DNA of 64,000 bases from positions 24,077-88,076 of the forward strand of contig DASSII010000029.1 of assembly GCA_035692005.1 (NCBI GenBank), in the 5' to 3' direction. The stretch comes from Candidatus Limnocylindrales bacterium (GTDB taxonomy: Bacteria; Chloroflexota; Limnocylindria; Limnocylindrales; CSP1-4). Shown here one piece after another: positions 1-9,115 of the stretch. Each line of letters opens with the position of its first letter. Position 1 is the stretch's first letter. The notes beneath the pieces are model-generated. The model ran no database searches. It was not told the origin of the DNA and saw only the letters and a list, made by a program, of their open reading frames with translations. The translations under genes were made by a program, and so were the position numbers.

Positions 1-292
1 CCTCACCAAGGGCCGTTCGGAGCAGTGCGCGGTCCATCCTGGCCAGTCCCGTGACGGGGTAGCGAGGGGCGACATCGCCGATCCGGGCGTCGATCGCGTC
101 CCGATGCTCGACCACGGCTGCCACAAGCTCGCGGGCCAGCGCGGCCGCCGTCTCGTCGCGTTCCGTGTCGGCCAGATGCCGCTCGAGGATCGCGTCCGCG
201 GTGCGCTGGCCGAAGTCGGCCTCGAAGATCGCGGCCAGCGCGAGTCGACGTCCCGTCCGTCGTCCGCGCTGGCGATCAGCCTCCGACCCCAT
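1..292 (-). CDS. nusB: Transcription antitermination factor NusB, N-terminal part (gene runs off the window start)
   Basis: Absent from the ORF track because no stop lies in the window. Hand translation of the minus strand from ATG at 292 gives MGSEADRQRGRRTGRRLALAAIFEADFGQRTADAILERHL...YPVTGLARMDRALLRTALGE. This matches the NusB R-rich N-terminus, first helix and DRAxLRxAxxE motif. It overlaps the Asp23 stop by 17 nt; Asp23-nusB order occurs in Bacillus (yqhY-nusB). Confidence 0.8.
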   Translation of the reverse strand, partial: MGSEADRQRGRRTGRRLALAAIFEADFGQRTADAILERHLADTERDETAAALARELVAAVVEHRDAIDARIGDVAPRYPVTGLARMDRALLRTALGE

Positions 293-590
293 CGACGATG
301 ACCGTCACGGCGCCCAGATCGAGACCGAGGAATCGTTCGACCGTGGCGGCCACCGCGGCTCGGACCTGGGCGGTCAACGGGCCGAGGGCGTGGCCGGGAC
401 GGGCCACCAGTCGCACACGGACGAGGACCCGGTCATCGCTGACGCGGACCCGGACCGCCGGGCCGGCCAGCCAGCCGCGCCAGGCCGGTCCACCGTGGCC
501 GACCCGGGCGACGCCGGGCACCTCGAACGCCGCCGAGCGGACGAGTTCGGCGATGACCCCGCGTCCGACCGTCAGTTCCGGGCCAGTCAT
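276..590 (-). CDS. Asp23/Gls24-family alkaline-shock-like protein
   Basis: 104-aa ORF with GRGVIAELVRSAAFEVPGVARV... and a repeated V-rich beta pattern typical of Asp23/DUF322. ATGA overlap with the plsX stop. Confidence 0.7.
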   Translation of the reverse strand: MTGPELTVGRGVIAELVRSAAFEVPGVARVGHGGPAWRGWLAGPAVRVRVSDDRVLVRVRLVARPGHALGPLTAQVRAAVAATVERFLGLDLGAVTVIVDGVGG

Positions 591-1693
591 CGGCTGATCT
601 CCTCAGGCTGCGATGGGTCGCTGGCGGCGGTGCCGGACGGTGTCGCCGCCCTGGCACGTTCGGCCGCGTCGTCCGCGAGTGCGTCGGCGATGAGCTCGGG
701 GACGCGAGCTCGCGCGGTCCGTGCCGCCACCTCGCAGGCGAACGTGATCATGCGCCGCCTGGCGCTGCCGTGGGTGATGATGACGGTGCCGCGCACGCCG
801 AGCAATGGCGACCCGCCCTGCGTCTCGTAGTCGAACACCGCGCGGATGCGACCGATCCCGGGCCGCATCAGCAGGTACGCGAGTCGACCACGCCACGACC
901 GCCGGAACTCCGCCCGCCACAGGTCGAAGATGAACGTCGACAGACCCTCGAAGAACTTGATCACGACGTTGCCGGCGACCGCGTCGGTGACGACCACGTC
1001 GGCGAGGTGCTCCGGGAGGTGGCGACCCTCGACATTGCCGACGAACCGCAGCGTCGACGCGTCGATGAGCTCGGTCGCGCGCTGGATCCGGGCATCGCCC
1101 TTGCCTTTCTCCTCGCCGATGCTGAGGAGCGCCACGCGCGGGTCGGCGACGCCCAGCACGCGCTCCGCGAAGATGGCCCCCATGCGGGCGTACTGGGCCA
1201 GGTGCTCGGCGGTCGAGTCGGGGTTGGCGCCGATGTCGATGAGCACCATCGGGCCCGATTCGGTCGTCATCTGGACCGCCAGGCCGGGGCGTTCGACGCC
1301 GGGCAGGCGACCGAGCCGAAGGATCGCCGCCGCCATCCCGGCCCCGGTGTGGCCGGCGGTGACGACCGCATCCGCCGCGCCGGCCTTGACGAGGTCGGTG
1401 GCGACCAGGATGGAGCTGTCCTTCTTCTCGCGCAGCGCCAACGCGGGGTGCTCATCCATGCCCACCACCGAACCGGCGTGGACGATCCGAACGTTGCCCG
1501 GGAGGGCGCCCGCACGGGCCTGCAGTGTCGCCGCGTCACCCACCAGGATCAGCTCGTCGAGCGGATGCTCGCGGGCGTAGTCGACGACGCCCGGGACGAT
1601 CTCCGCGGGACCGTGGTCACCGCCCATCGCGTCGAACGCGACGCGGACGCCGCCGGCACCGACCGTCGAGGGTGCGGACCGCGGCGTGGTCAC
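587..1693 (-). CDS. plsX: Phosphate acyltransferase PlsX
   Basis: 368 aa with VAFDAMGGDHGPAEIVPG and full-length PlsX-like sequence. GTG start lies 5 nt after the rpmF stop, the classic rpmF-plsX pair. Confidence 0.95.
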   Translation of the reverse strand: MTTPRSAPSTVGAGGVRVAFDAMGGDHGPAEIVPGVVDYAREHPLDELILVGDAATLQARAGALPGNVRIVHAGSVVGMDEHPALALREKKDSSILVATDLVKAGAADAVVTAGHTGAGMAAAILRLGRLPGVERPGLAVQMTTESGPMVLIDIGANPDSTAEHLAQYARMGAIFAERVLGVADPRVALLSIGEEKGKGDARIQRATELIDASTLRFVGNVEGRHLPEHLADVVVTDAVAGNVVIKFFEGLSTFIFDLWRAEFRRSWRGRLAYLLMRPGIGRIRAVFDYETQGGSPLLGVRGTVIITHGSARRRMITFACEVAARTARARVPELIADALADDAAERARAATPSGTAASDPSQPEEISR

Positions 1694-1697
1694 CGGG

Positions 1698-1907
1698 TCA
1701 GCGAGGGGCGTCGTCGCCGCCGCTGCTCGCCGGCTTCGGCGGGACGGCCAACCGGCCCTGGTAGTAGCCGCAGTTCGGGCAGACCCGATGCGGCAGCTTC
1801 ATCTCGTGGCAGTGCGGACACTCCTCGAGCTTGGGCAGGTCGATCGCGAGGTGCGAGCGGCGCTCGCCCTGACGCGCATGCGAGACGCGCCGCTTGGGTA
1901 CACCCAT
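1698..1907 (-). CDS. rpmF: 50S ribosomal protein L32
   Basis: MGVPKRRVSHARQGERRSH...CPHCHEMKLPHRVCPNCGYY: the L32 N-terminal motif plus a CxxC...CxxC zinc ribbon. AAGGAG ribosome-binding site upstream. Confidence 0.95.
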   Translation of the reverse strand: MGVPKRRVSHARQGERRSHLAIDLPKLEECPHCHEMKLPHRVCPNCGYYQGRLAVPPKPASSGGDDAPR

Positions 1908-2000
1908 AGGGTCGTGGGCTCCTTGTGTCGTGTCGTGGCGCGTTGTCGCTGTCGGGACGGGCGCTCGGGGATCGATGCGCGCGGACGGCGCCGGCTGCGG

Positions 2001-2006
2001 AGTCTA
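2001..2006 (-). promoter_or_regulatory. Candidate -10 box TAGACT upstream of rpmF
   Basis: The minus strand reads tttcgcggTAGACTccgcagcc in the 125-nt spacer between the GNAT stop and the rpmF start. Confidence 0.3.
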
Positions 2007-2032
2007 CCGCGAAATCGGGTCCGTCGTCCGCA

Positions 2033-2929
2033 TCAGCGGCCAGTCGAGACCAGCGGCAGCTGACCGCGGATCGTGATGCTCAGGCCGCGCGTCGTGTAGC
2101 CGAGGCGCTCATTGAGCGCACGCATGTCGGCGTTGCCGATCTGGGTCCAGGTGTAGATCTCGCGGATCCCGGCGGCCGCGGCGAACGCGAGGGTTCGCCG
2201 CTTGAGCATCGATGCCAGACCCTGACGCCGCCACCCGTGGGCCACCGCCGTGAACGCCTGCTCGGCCCGATCGGGTCGGTCGGGGTCGGCGCCGAGTCCG
2301 GCACAGGCCACGATCGCCTCCCCGGCCAGCGCCAGGAACATGGCCTCGGGCCAGAGCAGCCACTCGTCACGCCATTCCTCGCGGGTCACGAGCACCGGAC
2401 GGTGGGTCGCCATGTCGGCCACGGCCTCGAGCGCGAACGGGTCGAATGCGGCGTCCCACAGCTCGGGCCGGTCGGCGACGGCGACGACCTCGATCCCGGC
2501 GGGGATGGCCGGCATCGGTTCGTCACCGACGAGCCGGACCTGCTCGATCTGGCGGTCGATCTCGCGAAAGCCGAAGCGCTCGGCGAAGGCGAGCGAACCG
2601 CCGTCGTCGACCATCGAGCCGGCCTCGCTGAAGCCGAGGTGCAGCGCATGGGCGGCGAGGCGCTCGAGCAGTGACGTGGCGATCCCGCGTCGACGCGCGG
2701 ATGGCACGACCCGGACGTGCAGCCCCGCGTATCCGAAGCTTGACCGGTTGGCCAACCCGGACCCGACCAGCGCACCGTCGAGCGCCGCGACGAGGAGCAG
2801 CTGCGGGTCGGTCGCCGCCCGCAGCTCGGCGACCGACGGCGCCCGCTCGGTGGGCAGGACGGTCAGGCGGACCTGGCGCCACGCCTCGAGGTCCGCGTCG
2901 GTCTCGGCCGCGCGGATGTCCAGCGTCAC
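2033..2929 (-). CDS. Tandem-GNAT N-acetyltransferase (two acetyltransferase domains)
   Basis: The C-terminal 298 aa of ORF 2033..3280 contain two GNAT cores (VVPSARRRGIATSLLERL... and VAHGWRRQGLASMLKRRTL...). I place the start at GTG 2929, forming a GTGA overlap with the yceD stop. The upstream Arg/Pro-rich part of the ORF overlaps yceD and is discounted. Confidence 0.75.
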   Translation of the reverse strand: MTLDIRAAETDADLEAWRQVRLTVLPTERAPSVAELRAATDPQLLLVAALDGALVGSGLANRSSFGYAGLHVRVVPSARRRGIATSLLERLAAHALHLGFSEAGSMVDDGGSLAFAERFGFREIDRQIEQVRLVGDEPMPAIPAGIEVVAVADRPELWDAAFDPFALEAVADMATHRPVLVTREEWRDEWLLWPEAMFLALAGEAIVACAGLGADPDRPDRAEQAFTAVAHGWRRQGLASMLKRRTLAFAAAAGIREIYTWTQIGNADMRALNERLGYTTRGLSITIRGQLPLVSTGR

Positions 2930-3498
2930 CCGCTGGCGCCCTCGTCGTCGCCGGCGGGCTGGAACGACCGAAGTGCCTCGAGCCGCGGATCGACGTCGTC
3001 CGCCGGGTGATCGTGCACGCCCTCGTCGAGGGGCAGGCCGCAGACGATGCACAGACCGGGGCAATCGGGCCGGTCGAGCGGGGCGATCGGCTCCGCGATG
3101 ATGATGGCGTCGCGTACGGACGGTTCGAGATCGAGTTCGTGGTGGTCGGTCAGGCGCAGTGCCTCGGGCTCCTCGCCGAGCGCCACCGGGCGCCCGCTGC
3201 TGAGATCGATCGAGGGCAGGTACTCCTCCTCGAGGACGATATCGATCGGCGTCGTGAGCGGTCGCAGGCAGCGAGCGCACTCTCCTGCCAGCGACGTCGC
3301 CAGCCGCGCGTCGGCGAGGACCCCGCGGTTCGTCCGCGTGACCCGCACGCGACCACGGATGGGTTCGGCGAGGCTGAGCCCGTCCGGCAGCTCGATGCGG
3401 GCGTCGTCGACCTCGAACGACCGATCCGCGCCGGCGACATCGGCAAGCAGGCCGGCGACGTTCCAGGTGAGCGGCGATCCGGACGAGGGTCGGCTCAT
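2926..3498 (-). CDS. yceD: YceD/DUF177 family protein (ribosome-associated, usually next to rpmF)
   Basis: 190 aa with acidic repeats and the C-terminal CPGLCIVCG zinc-ribbon-like motif typical of DUF177. Confidence 0.8.
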   Translation of the reverse strand: MSRPSSGSPLTWNVAGLLADVAGADRSFEVDDARIELPDGLSLAEPIRGRVRVTRTNRGVLADARLATSLAGECARCLRPLTTPIDIVLEEEYLPSIDLSSGRPVALGEEPEALRLTDHHELDLEPSVRDAIIIAEPIAPLDRPDCPGLCIVCGLPLDEGVHDHPADDVDPRLEALRSFQPAGDDEGASG

Positions 3499-3508
3499 CG
3501 CCAGGGCG

Positions 3509-3931
3509 TCACGTGTGGGCGGGCGCCGGCGCGTCCTCCGCCTCGTCCTGCCAGTCGCCGTCGTCGAAGTCGTTGTGGTCGTCCGGCACCGGGGCCGGCA
3601 TCGGCGTCAGCGCGGCTCGCCGGTCGTCGAGCAGGGCGATCCCCTTCTGGATGCTCTGGAGCGTCTTCTGGACGTCACCCTCGAGCCCGTCGAGGACCCC
3701 GACGGCGTACTCGTCGGCGCCGGCGCGGATCTTGTCGGCGTCGAGGTGGGCATCCTCGATGATCCTTCGGCTCTCGGCGTCGGCGGCCTGGGTGAGTCCC
3801 CGTTCATCGATCAGGAACGCCGCCTGCTCCTGGGCTCGAGCCACGATCCGCTCGGCCTCCTCCTGCGCCTTCTCGATGATCCGTTCGCCCTCGGAGTTGA
3901 TCCGCTTGGCCGCCCGGACCTCCTCGGGCAC
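3509..3931 (-). CDS. Charged coiled-coil protein of unknown function; the true start is probably upstream, near 4060
   Basis: The ORF-track GTG start gives 140 aa (EEVRAAKRINSEGERIIEKAQEEAERIVARAQEQAAF...). The frame stays open up to the coaD stop and reads a protein-like IDIIFLVERLESLIANGKKLPLTTNVVVDQNAALGLIDELRVAV. An AGGAGGG box sits at 4069-4075, but no ATG/GTG/TTG follows it (see finding). Confidence 0.55.
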   Translation of the reverse strand: MPEEVRAAKRINSEGERIIEKAQEEAERIVARAQEQAAFLIDERGLTQAADAESRRIIEDAHLDADKIRAGADEYAVGVLDGLEGDVQKTLQSIQKGIALLDDRRAALTPMPAPVPDDHNDFDDGDWQDEAEDAPAPAHT

Positions 3932-4105
3932 GGCGACACGCAGCTCGTCGATCAGCCCGAGCGCGGCGTTCTGGTCGACGACGACGTTCGTCGTGAGCGG
4001 CAGCTTCTTGCCGTTGGCGATCAGCGATTCGAGGCGCTCGACGAGGAAGATGATGTCGATGGCGATGGCCCTCCTGCGCCGTCGATTATGGCACGGGCCC
4101 GTGGC

Positions 4106-4600
4106 TCAGCGACGAGCGAGCGCCCGCTCAAGGGCAGTCCGCGCCGCCGCCGGGAGCATCGCCGAGACATCGCCGCCGAACGAGGCGATCTCCTTGACGA
4201 GGCTCGAGCTGACGTAGCTGTTGGCGATCGAGGTCATGAAGAAGACCGAGTCGATGCCCGGTGCCAGGACCCGATTGTTGTGGGCGAGCTGCATCTCCAT
4301 CTCGAAGTCGCTGATGGCGCGCAGGCCGCGGACGATCGATGTCGCACCGTGCTGCCGGGCGAAGTCGACGGTCAACCCATCGAACTCGGCCACGGCCACG
4401 CGATCGAGGGGCGCCCCGTCCTCGGCCAGCGCGCCGCGGATGACCTCCATCCGCTCGGCCACGCTGAGCATGGGCGACTTCTTCGGGTTGGCGAGCACCG
4501 CGACGACGACCGAATCGAACACGTTCGCGGCCCGTTTGATGATGTCCAGGTGACCGTTCGTGATCGGATCGAACGAACCCGGGTAGACCGCGACGCTCAT
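4106..4600 (-). CDS. coaD: Phosphopantetheine adenylyltransferase
   Basis: MSVAVYPGSFDPITNGHLDIIKRA... shows the canonical CoaD nucleotidyltransferase motif; 164 aa. Confidence 0.95.
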   Translation of the reverse strand: MSVAVYPGSFDPITNGHLDIIKRAANVFDSVVVAVLANPKKSPMLSVAERMEVIRGALAEDGAPLDRVAVAEFDGLTVDFARQHGATSIVRGLRAISDFEMEMQLAHNNRVLAPGIDSVFFMTSIANSYVSSSLVKEIASFGGDVSAMLPAAARTALERALARR

Positions 4601-5169
4601 GCGTCCTCCGTGCGTCGATAGAACGTCAGCGAGGTCTCACCGAATCGGCGCTCGCGCTCGGATGCTAGCAGCCCCACCCTGCGCGGCGGGACGTCGCGCC
4701 AGAAGTGCTTGGCGACGACCCGGGCATCTGGCGCCAGCATCGGCACCAGGGCGGTCAGGGCTGCCAGCAGCGCCTCGCGATCCGCATAGGGCGGATCGAC
4801 GATGACGATGTCGAACGGCGCCGCGGCCCGGCTCGACGCGTCCGTGAGCCACGGAACGGCGTCGGCTCGGATCACCCGGGCCGTGGTCGCCAGGCCGGTG
4901 CGCTCGAGGTTGGCCTCGATCACGCGGACGGTGCGGGCATCGCGCTCGACGAACGTCGCCGACGCCGCCCCGCGCGACAACGCCTCGATGCCGGCGGCAC
5001 CGCTGCCGGCGAACAGGTCGAGGACGTTGGCGCCGGGCAGGTCCGGCTCGAGGATCGCGAACAGCGTCTGCTTCACCCGGTCCGCCAGCGGTCGCGTTCC
5101 GGGACCCGGGGCGTCGAGCCGGATCGAGCGGGCCGTCCCGGCGATGACCCGGCCGGCCTGGGGCGTCAT
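4597..5169 (-). CDS. rsmD: 16S rRNA (guanine966-N2)-methyltransferase RsmD
   Basis: Last 190 aa of ORF 4597..5895: RPLADRVKQTLFAIL...VLDLFAGSGAAGIEALSRGA...DIVIVDPPY. ATG 5169 forms an ATGA overlap with the recG stop, and the stop overlaps the coaD start (ATGA). Confidence 0.9.
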   Translation of the reverse strand: MTPQAGRVIAGTARSIRLDAPGPGTRPLADRVKQTLFAILEPDLPGANVLDLFAGSGAAGIEALSRGAASATFVERDARTVRVIEANLERTGLATTARVIRADAVPWLTDASSRAAAPFDIVIVDPPYADREALLAALTALVPMLAPDARVVAKHFWRDVPPRRVGLLASERERRFGETSLTFYRRTEDA

Positions 5170-7415
5170 GTTCCGCTCGCGGGCTCGGCCGCAGCGAGGT
5201 GGCGCAACCAGCCGCCGGCCAGTTCGCGGGTCAGCGGACCGAGGTCCGCCCTGGACGAGTCCAGGACGCCGGCGGCATCGACCAGCGCTTCGGCATGCTC
5301 GCGAGCGCGGACGGCCAGGGCCTGGTGATCGCGTCGCACCAGCGATGCGACCCGCAGCCCGGGCAGGCCGCTCTGCGCGAAGCCCAGGACATCGCCTTCG
5401 CGGCGCAGCTCGAAGTCGCGCTCCGCCAGCTCGAAGCCGTCGCTCAGCTCGGCGATGGCCCGCAGCCGCGCGACGGCGGTCGCGTCGGTCGCATCGGACA
5501 CGAGGACGCAGTACGACTCGGCGGTGCCGCGACCGACGCGGCCGCGCAGCTGGTGGAGCTGCGCGAGGCCGAACCGGTCGGCGCCCTCGACGACCATCAT
5601 CGTCGCCGCGGGCACGTCGACGCCCACCTCGATCACGGTCGTGCCGACCAGCACGTCGAGCGCACCGTCGCGGAAGCGCCCCATCTCGGCGTCCCGGTCG
5701 ATCGGCTTCATCCGCCCGTGCACCAGCCCCACGCGCAACGGCGCCAACAGCGTGGTCAGGCGCACCGCCTCCGTCTCCGCCGCGACGGCGCCCGACGAGC
5801 TGCCATCGTCGCTGCCGTCCGTGCCCTCCTCGACGAGCGGCACGACCACGAACGTGCGGTGGCCCTCGGCCGCCTCGGCCCGGACCTTCTGCCACGTGGC
5901 GTCGAGACGGTCGGGCGTGCGGATGCCGGTCCGGATCGGGATGCGCCCAGCCGGTGGGGTTCGCAGGTCTGACACATCGAGGTCGGCGTACAACACCTGG
6001 CCGAGCGTGCGCGGGATGGGCGTCGCCGTCATCAGCAGTACGTGCGGCGTCACATCGCCAGCGGCCTTGGCCTCGAGCAGCCCGCGCTGCTCGACCCCGA
6101 ACCGGTGCTGCTCGTCGACGATGGCCAGCCCGAGTCGCGCGAACGACACCGATTCGCTGAACAGGGCGTGGGTGCCGACGACCACCGACGCCTGGCCGGA
6201 TGCGACCGCCTCGTTCGCCCGGGACCGCTCGGCGGCCTTCAGCGATCCGGCGATGAGGACGACATCGACCCCCACGTCGGCAAGCAACGCGCCCACCGTT
6301 TCGAGGTGCTGGCGAGCGAGCAGGTCGGTCGGGGCCAGCAGGGCGGCCTGGTAGCCGGCCCGCGCCGCCGCGGCGAGGGCATACGCGGCGACCGCCGTCT
6401 TGCCCGATCCGACGTCCCCTTGCAGCAGGCGAAGCATCGGGGTCGGGCCCGCGAGGTCGGCGCGGATGGCCTCGATCGCCGCGTGCTGGTCGACCGTCAG
6501 CGTGACATCGCGACCGACGCGCGCGGCCAGCGCTGCCGTCAGCCCGGACCGGATCGAGCCATCGGTCGCAGGATCGACGCCGATCCGCGGCGCCCGGTCG
6601 TGCCCCCGTGCGCGACGTCGCCCGACCATGCCGATCTGGAGCGCCAGCAATTCGTCGAACGCCAGCCGGTGCAGGGCGGCGTCCCGGTCCGCGAAGGTGC
6701 GCGGGTAGTGGGCCGATTCGAGGGCCGCCGCGATGCCGATCAGCCGCTCTCCGTCACGCAGCCCCGCCGGCAGATACTCGGGATACGCGTGGCCCGCCAG
6801 GTCGAGCGCCTCGCGCTCGGCGATGCGCATGCGCGAGCTGGTCAGCCCGGCCGTCAACCGGTAGACCGGCACGATCCGACCGGCGTGCAGCACCTCCCCG
6901 TCGCCCTCGATGGTCTGGAACTCCGGGTTGTCGATGGTGAGCGTCCGCCCGAACCGCTTCAACCGCCCGGACACGACCACCTCGTCGCCGGCGTGCAGCC
7001 GCTTCTCGATGTAGCGCCGCCCGAACCAGGTCGCACTGATCTCGCCGCTGTCGTCGGTCAGGCGCGCCACGGTCCGCTGGATGCGCCGGCGAAATGAGGC
7101 CTCGACGCGGATGTCCGCGACCCGAACGCGGGCCGACACGACGATCCCCTCCTCGGCCCAGACGAGGTCGCCGAGGCGCGACAGCTCGCGCAGGTCGTCG
7201 TAGCGGCGGGGCAGGTGGAACAGCAGGTCGCGGACGTCGTACCAGTCGAGCCGGATGCCGGCCCGCCGCAGGACCGGCGCGGCGCTCAACCCGGACTTGG
7301 CGAGCGGCGTCGACAGCAGCTCGACGGGATCGAGCGGCGGGGCCGGCGGCGCGCTCGCTGGTCGCGCCGCGGCCCCTCCAGGAGGGCGTCGTCGAGACGT
7401 CGCCGGGCGTCCCAT
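5166..7415 (-). CDS. recG: ATP-dependent DNA helicase RecG
   Basis: 749 aa with a wedge/OB N-terminus, Walker A GDVGSGKT, the DEQHRFG box and a helicase C-terminal region. Confidence 0.95.
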   Translation of the reverse strand: MGRPATSRRRPPGGAAARPASAPPAPPLDPVELLSTPLAKSGLSAAPVLRRAGIRLDWYDVRDLLFHLPRRYDDLRELSRLGDLVWAEEGIVVSARVRVADIRVEASFRRRIQRTVARLTDDSGEISATWFGRRYIEKRLHAGDEVVVSGRLKRFGRTLTIDNPEFQTIEGDGEVLHAGRIVPVYRLTAGLTSSRMRIAEREALDLAGHAYPEYLPAGLRDGERLIGIAAALESAHYPRTFADRDAALHRLAFDELLALQIGMVGRRRARGHDRAPRIGVDPATDGSIRSGLTAALAARVGRDVTLTVDQHAAIEAIRADLAGPTPMLRLLQGDVGSGKTAVAAYALAAAARAGYQAALLAPTDLLARQHLETVGALLADVGVDVVLIAGSLKAAERSRANEAVASGQASVVVGTHALFSESVSFARLGLAIVDEQHRFGVEQRGLLEAKAAGDVTPHVLLMTATPIPRTLGQVLYADLDVSDLRTPPAGRIPIRTGIRTPDRLDATWQKVRAEAAEGHRTFVVVPLVEEGTDGSDDGSSSGAVAAETEAVRLTTLLAPLRVGLVHGRMKPIDRDAEMGRFRDGALDVLVGTTVIEVGVDVPAATMMVVEGADRFGLAQLHQLRGRVGRGTAESYCVLVSDATDATAVARLRAIAELSDGFELAERDFELRREGDVLGFAQSGLPGLRVASLVRRDHQALAVRAREHAEALVDAAGVLDSSRADLGPLTRELAGGWLRHLAAAEPASGT

Positions 7416-7423
7416 CGGGCGTC

Positions 7424-9115
7424 CTATTCCGCCGCGATCAGGTACCGGTAGAACGGCTGGCCGCCGTGCCGAACCTCGATCTCGGTGCCCGGGATGACGC
7501 TGCCGATGCGGCGGGCCATCGCTTCTGCCTCCGCCAGGTCGGCGCCGTCGCCATAGAACAGGGTCACCAGCTCGTAGCCGGCACGCAACGCCCCGATCGC
7601 GGCGGTGACGGCCTTGTCGCGTCCGGTGTTGGCCGCCACCAGCCCGTCGTCGGGGTCGAGCACGATCGTCTGCCCGCGCTTGACCTTGCGCCCGCCGATC
7701 GTGGCGTCACGGACGGCTTCGGTGACAACGAGTGTCTGGACGGAGCGAGCCGCCTCGGTCATCGGTCCGACGTTGGCCGCCGCGTCCATGGACGGCTCGA
7801 GGGCGAGCAGCGCCGCGAAGCCCTCGGCGGCGTTGCGCGTCGGCACGACCTCGACCGGACGCGAGGTCATCGAGGCGACCTGGCGCGCGGCGAGGACCAC
7901 ATTGGGGTTGTTGGGCAACAACAGGATCTCGCGGGCGGGGACTCGCTCGACGGCCTCGAGCAGCTCACCCGTGCTCGGGTTCGCGGATTGCCCGCCCTGG
8001 ACCACGCTCGCGACCCCGAAGTCATGGAAGATCGCCCCGAGCCCGTCGCCGGCGACGACCGCGACGACAGCGAGAGCCGGGATCGATGCGGCCGCCGCCG
8101 GCGTCGCGTCACCGACGTCGCTCGCCGCAGGCGCCTCGATGGTCGCGACGCGCTCGCCGGTGAACGCCGCGGCCCGCGACTCCCGCACGTCGCGGGCCTG
8201 GTGATCGAGGTTCTCGACGCTGATCCGGCTCATCGCGCCGAGCTCGAGGCCGTAGCCCAGCACCAGATCGGGCCGCTCGTTGTGCACGTGCACCTTCAGC
8301 GCGCGCTCGTCGCCAGCGACGAGCACGGACTCGCCGATCGATTCGAGGTGGTCGCGGATGGCATCGACATCGAGCGGGCGATGGCCATTGGCCTGCAGCA
8401 GGAACATCGTCTCGTAGCCGAACCCCTCATCAGCGTGGGCGACGAGGGTCGACGGTCTGGGACCAGCTGCCGTCGTCGCGCCGCGCCGGACCGGCGCACG
8501 ACCGGCCAGGTGGAGCAGGGCACCCTGGAACAATCGATACAGACCCTGGCCGCCCGAGTCGACCACGCCGGCCTCGCGCAGGATGGCCAGCAGCGTCGGC
8601 GTGCGCGCGACGGACTTCTCCGCGGCCGCCAGGGTCGCCCCGAGCACCACCTCGATGTCGTTGTCGCGCTCGGCGGCCTCGACCGCACCGGCAGCCGACT
8701 CCCGGATGACCGTCAGGATCGTGCCCTCGACCGGCTTGGCCACCGCGCCGTAGGCCGTCCGGGCGCCCTCCGACAGGGCGTGCGCCAGGTCCAGCCCGTT
8801 GAACCGACGCTTGCCACCGAGTGCCTCGGACATGCCCCGGAAGATCTGGCTGGTGATGACCCCGGAGTTGCCGCGCGCACCCATGAGGGCCCCGAAACTG
8901 ATGGCGGCGGCGATCCGCTCTGCGGACTGGCCGGCCACGTGGTCCGCCTCGTCGAGCGCGGCCTTGACGGTGGCCAGCATGTTCGAGCCGGTATCACCGT
9001 CGGGGACCGGATAGACATTGAGCCCGTTGATCTCATCGACGTGGGCTTCGAGGTTCGCCACCGCCGCCCGGAACGCCTCCAGGAGGCCGTTCCCATCGCA
9101 CGAACGGCGAGGCAT
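7424..9115 (-). CDS. yloV: DAK2-domain fusion protein YloV
   Basis: 563 aa with an N-terminal Dak2 motif YPVPDGDTGSNM and a C-terminal DegV/YloV-like region. The Asp23-yloV-recG arrangement is conserved in Gram-positives. Confidence 0.9.
   Translation of the reverse strand: MPRRSCDGNGLLEAFRAAVANLEAHVDEINGLNVYPVPDGDTGSNMLATVKAALDEADHVAGQSAERIAAAISFGALMGARGNSGVITSQIFRGMSEALGGKRRFNGLDLAHALSEGARTAYGAVAKPVEGTILTVIRESAAGAVEAAERDNDIEVVLGATLAAAEKSVARTPTLLAILREAGVVDSGGQGLYRLFQGALLHLAGRAPVRRGATTAAGPRPSTLVAHADEGFGYETMFLLQANGHRPLDVDAIRDHLESIGESVLVAGDERALKVHVHNERPDLVLGYGLELGAMSRISVENLDHQARDVRESRAAAFTGERVATIEAPAASDVGDATPAAAASIPALAVVAVVAGDGLGAIFHDFGVASVVQGGQSANPSTGELLEAVERVPAREILLLPNNPNVVLAARQVASMTSRPVEVVPTRNAAEGFAALLALEPSMDAAANVGPMTEAARSVQTLVVTEAVRDATIGGRKVKRGQTIVLDPDDGLVAANTGRDKAVTAAIGALRAGYELVTLFYGDGADLAEAEAMARRIGSVIPGTEIEVRHGGQPFYRYLIAAE

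Noticed and set aside
4597-5895. Long N-terminal extensions of composite ORFs: rsmD 4597..5895, rpe 10346..12154, ilvE 25020..26585, rapZ 51399..52691, TolB-like 54303..56225, secF 57362..58684, response regulator 30286..31242, kinase 31008..33125, small membrane protein 39191..40126, GNAT 2033..3280, fmt, def, gmk, rluD, lspA.
   Set aside because: The extensions overlap the upstream real gene in another frame and are Arg/Pro-rich. Internal ATG/GTG starts give normal-length proteins and create canonical ATGA/GTGA or 8-nt overlaps with the upstream stop.
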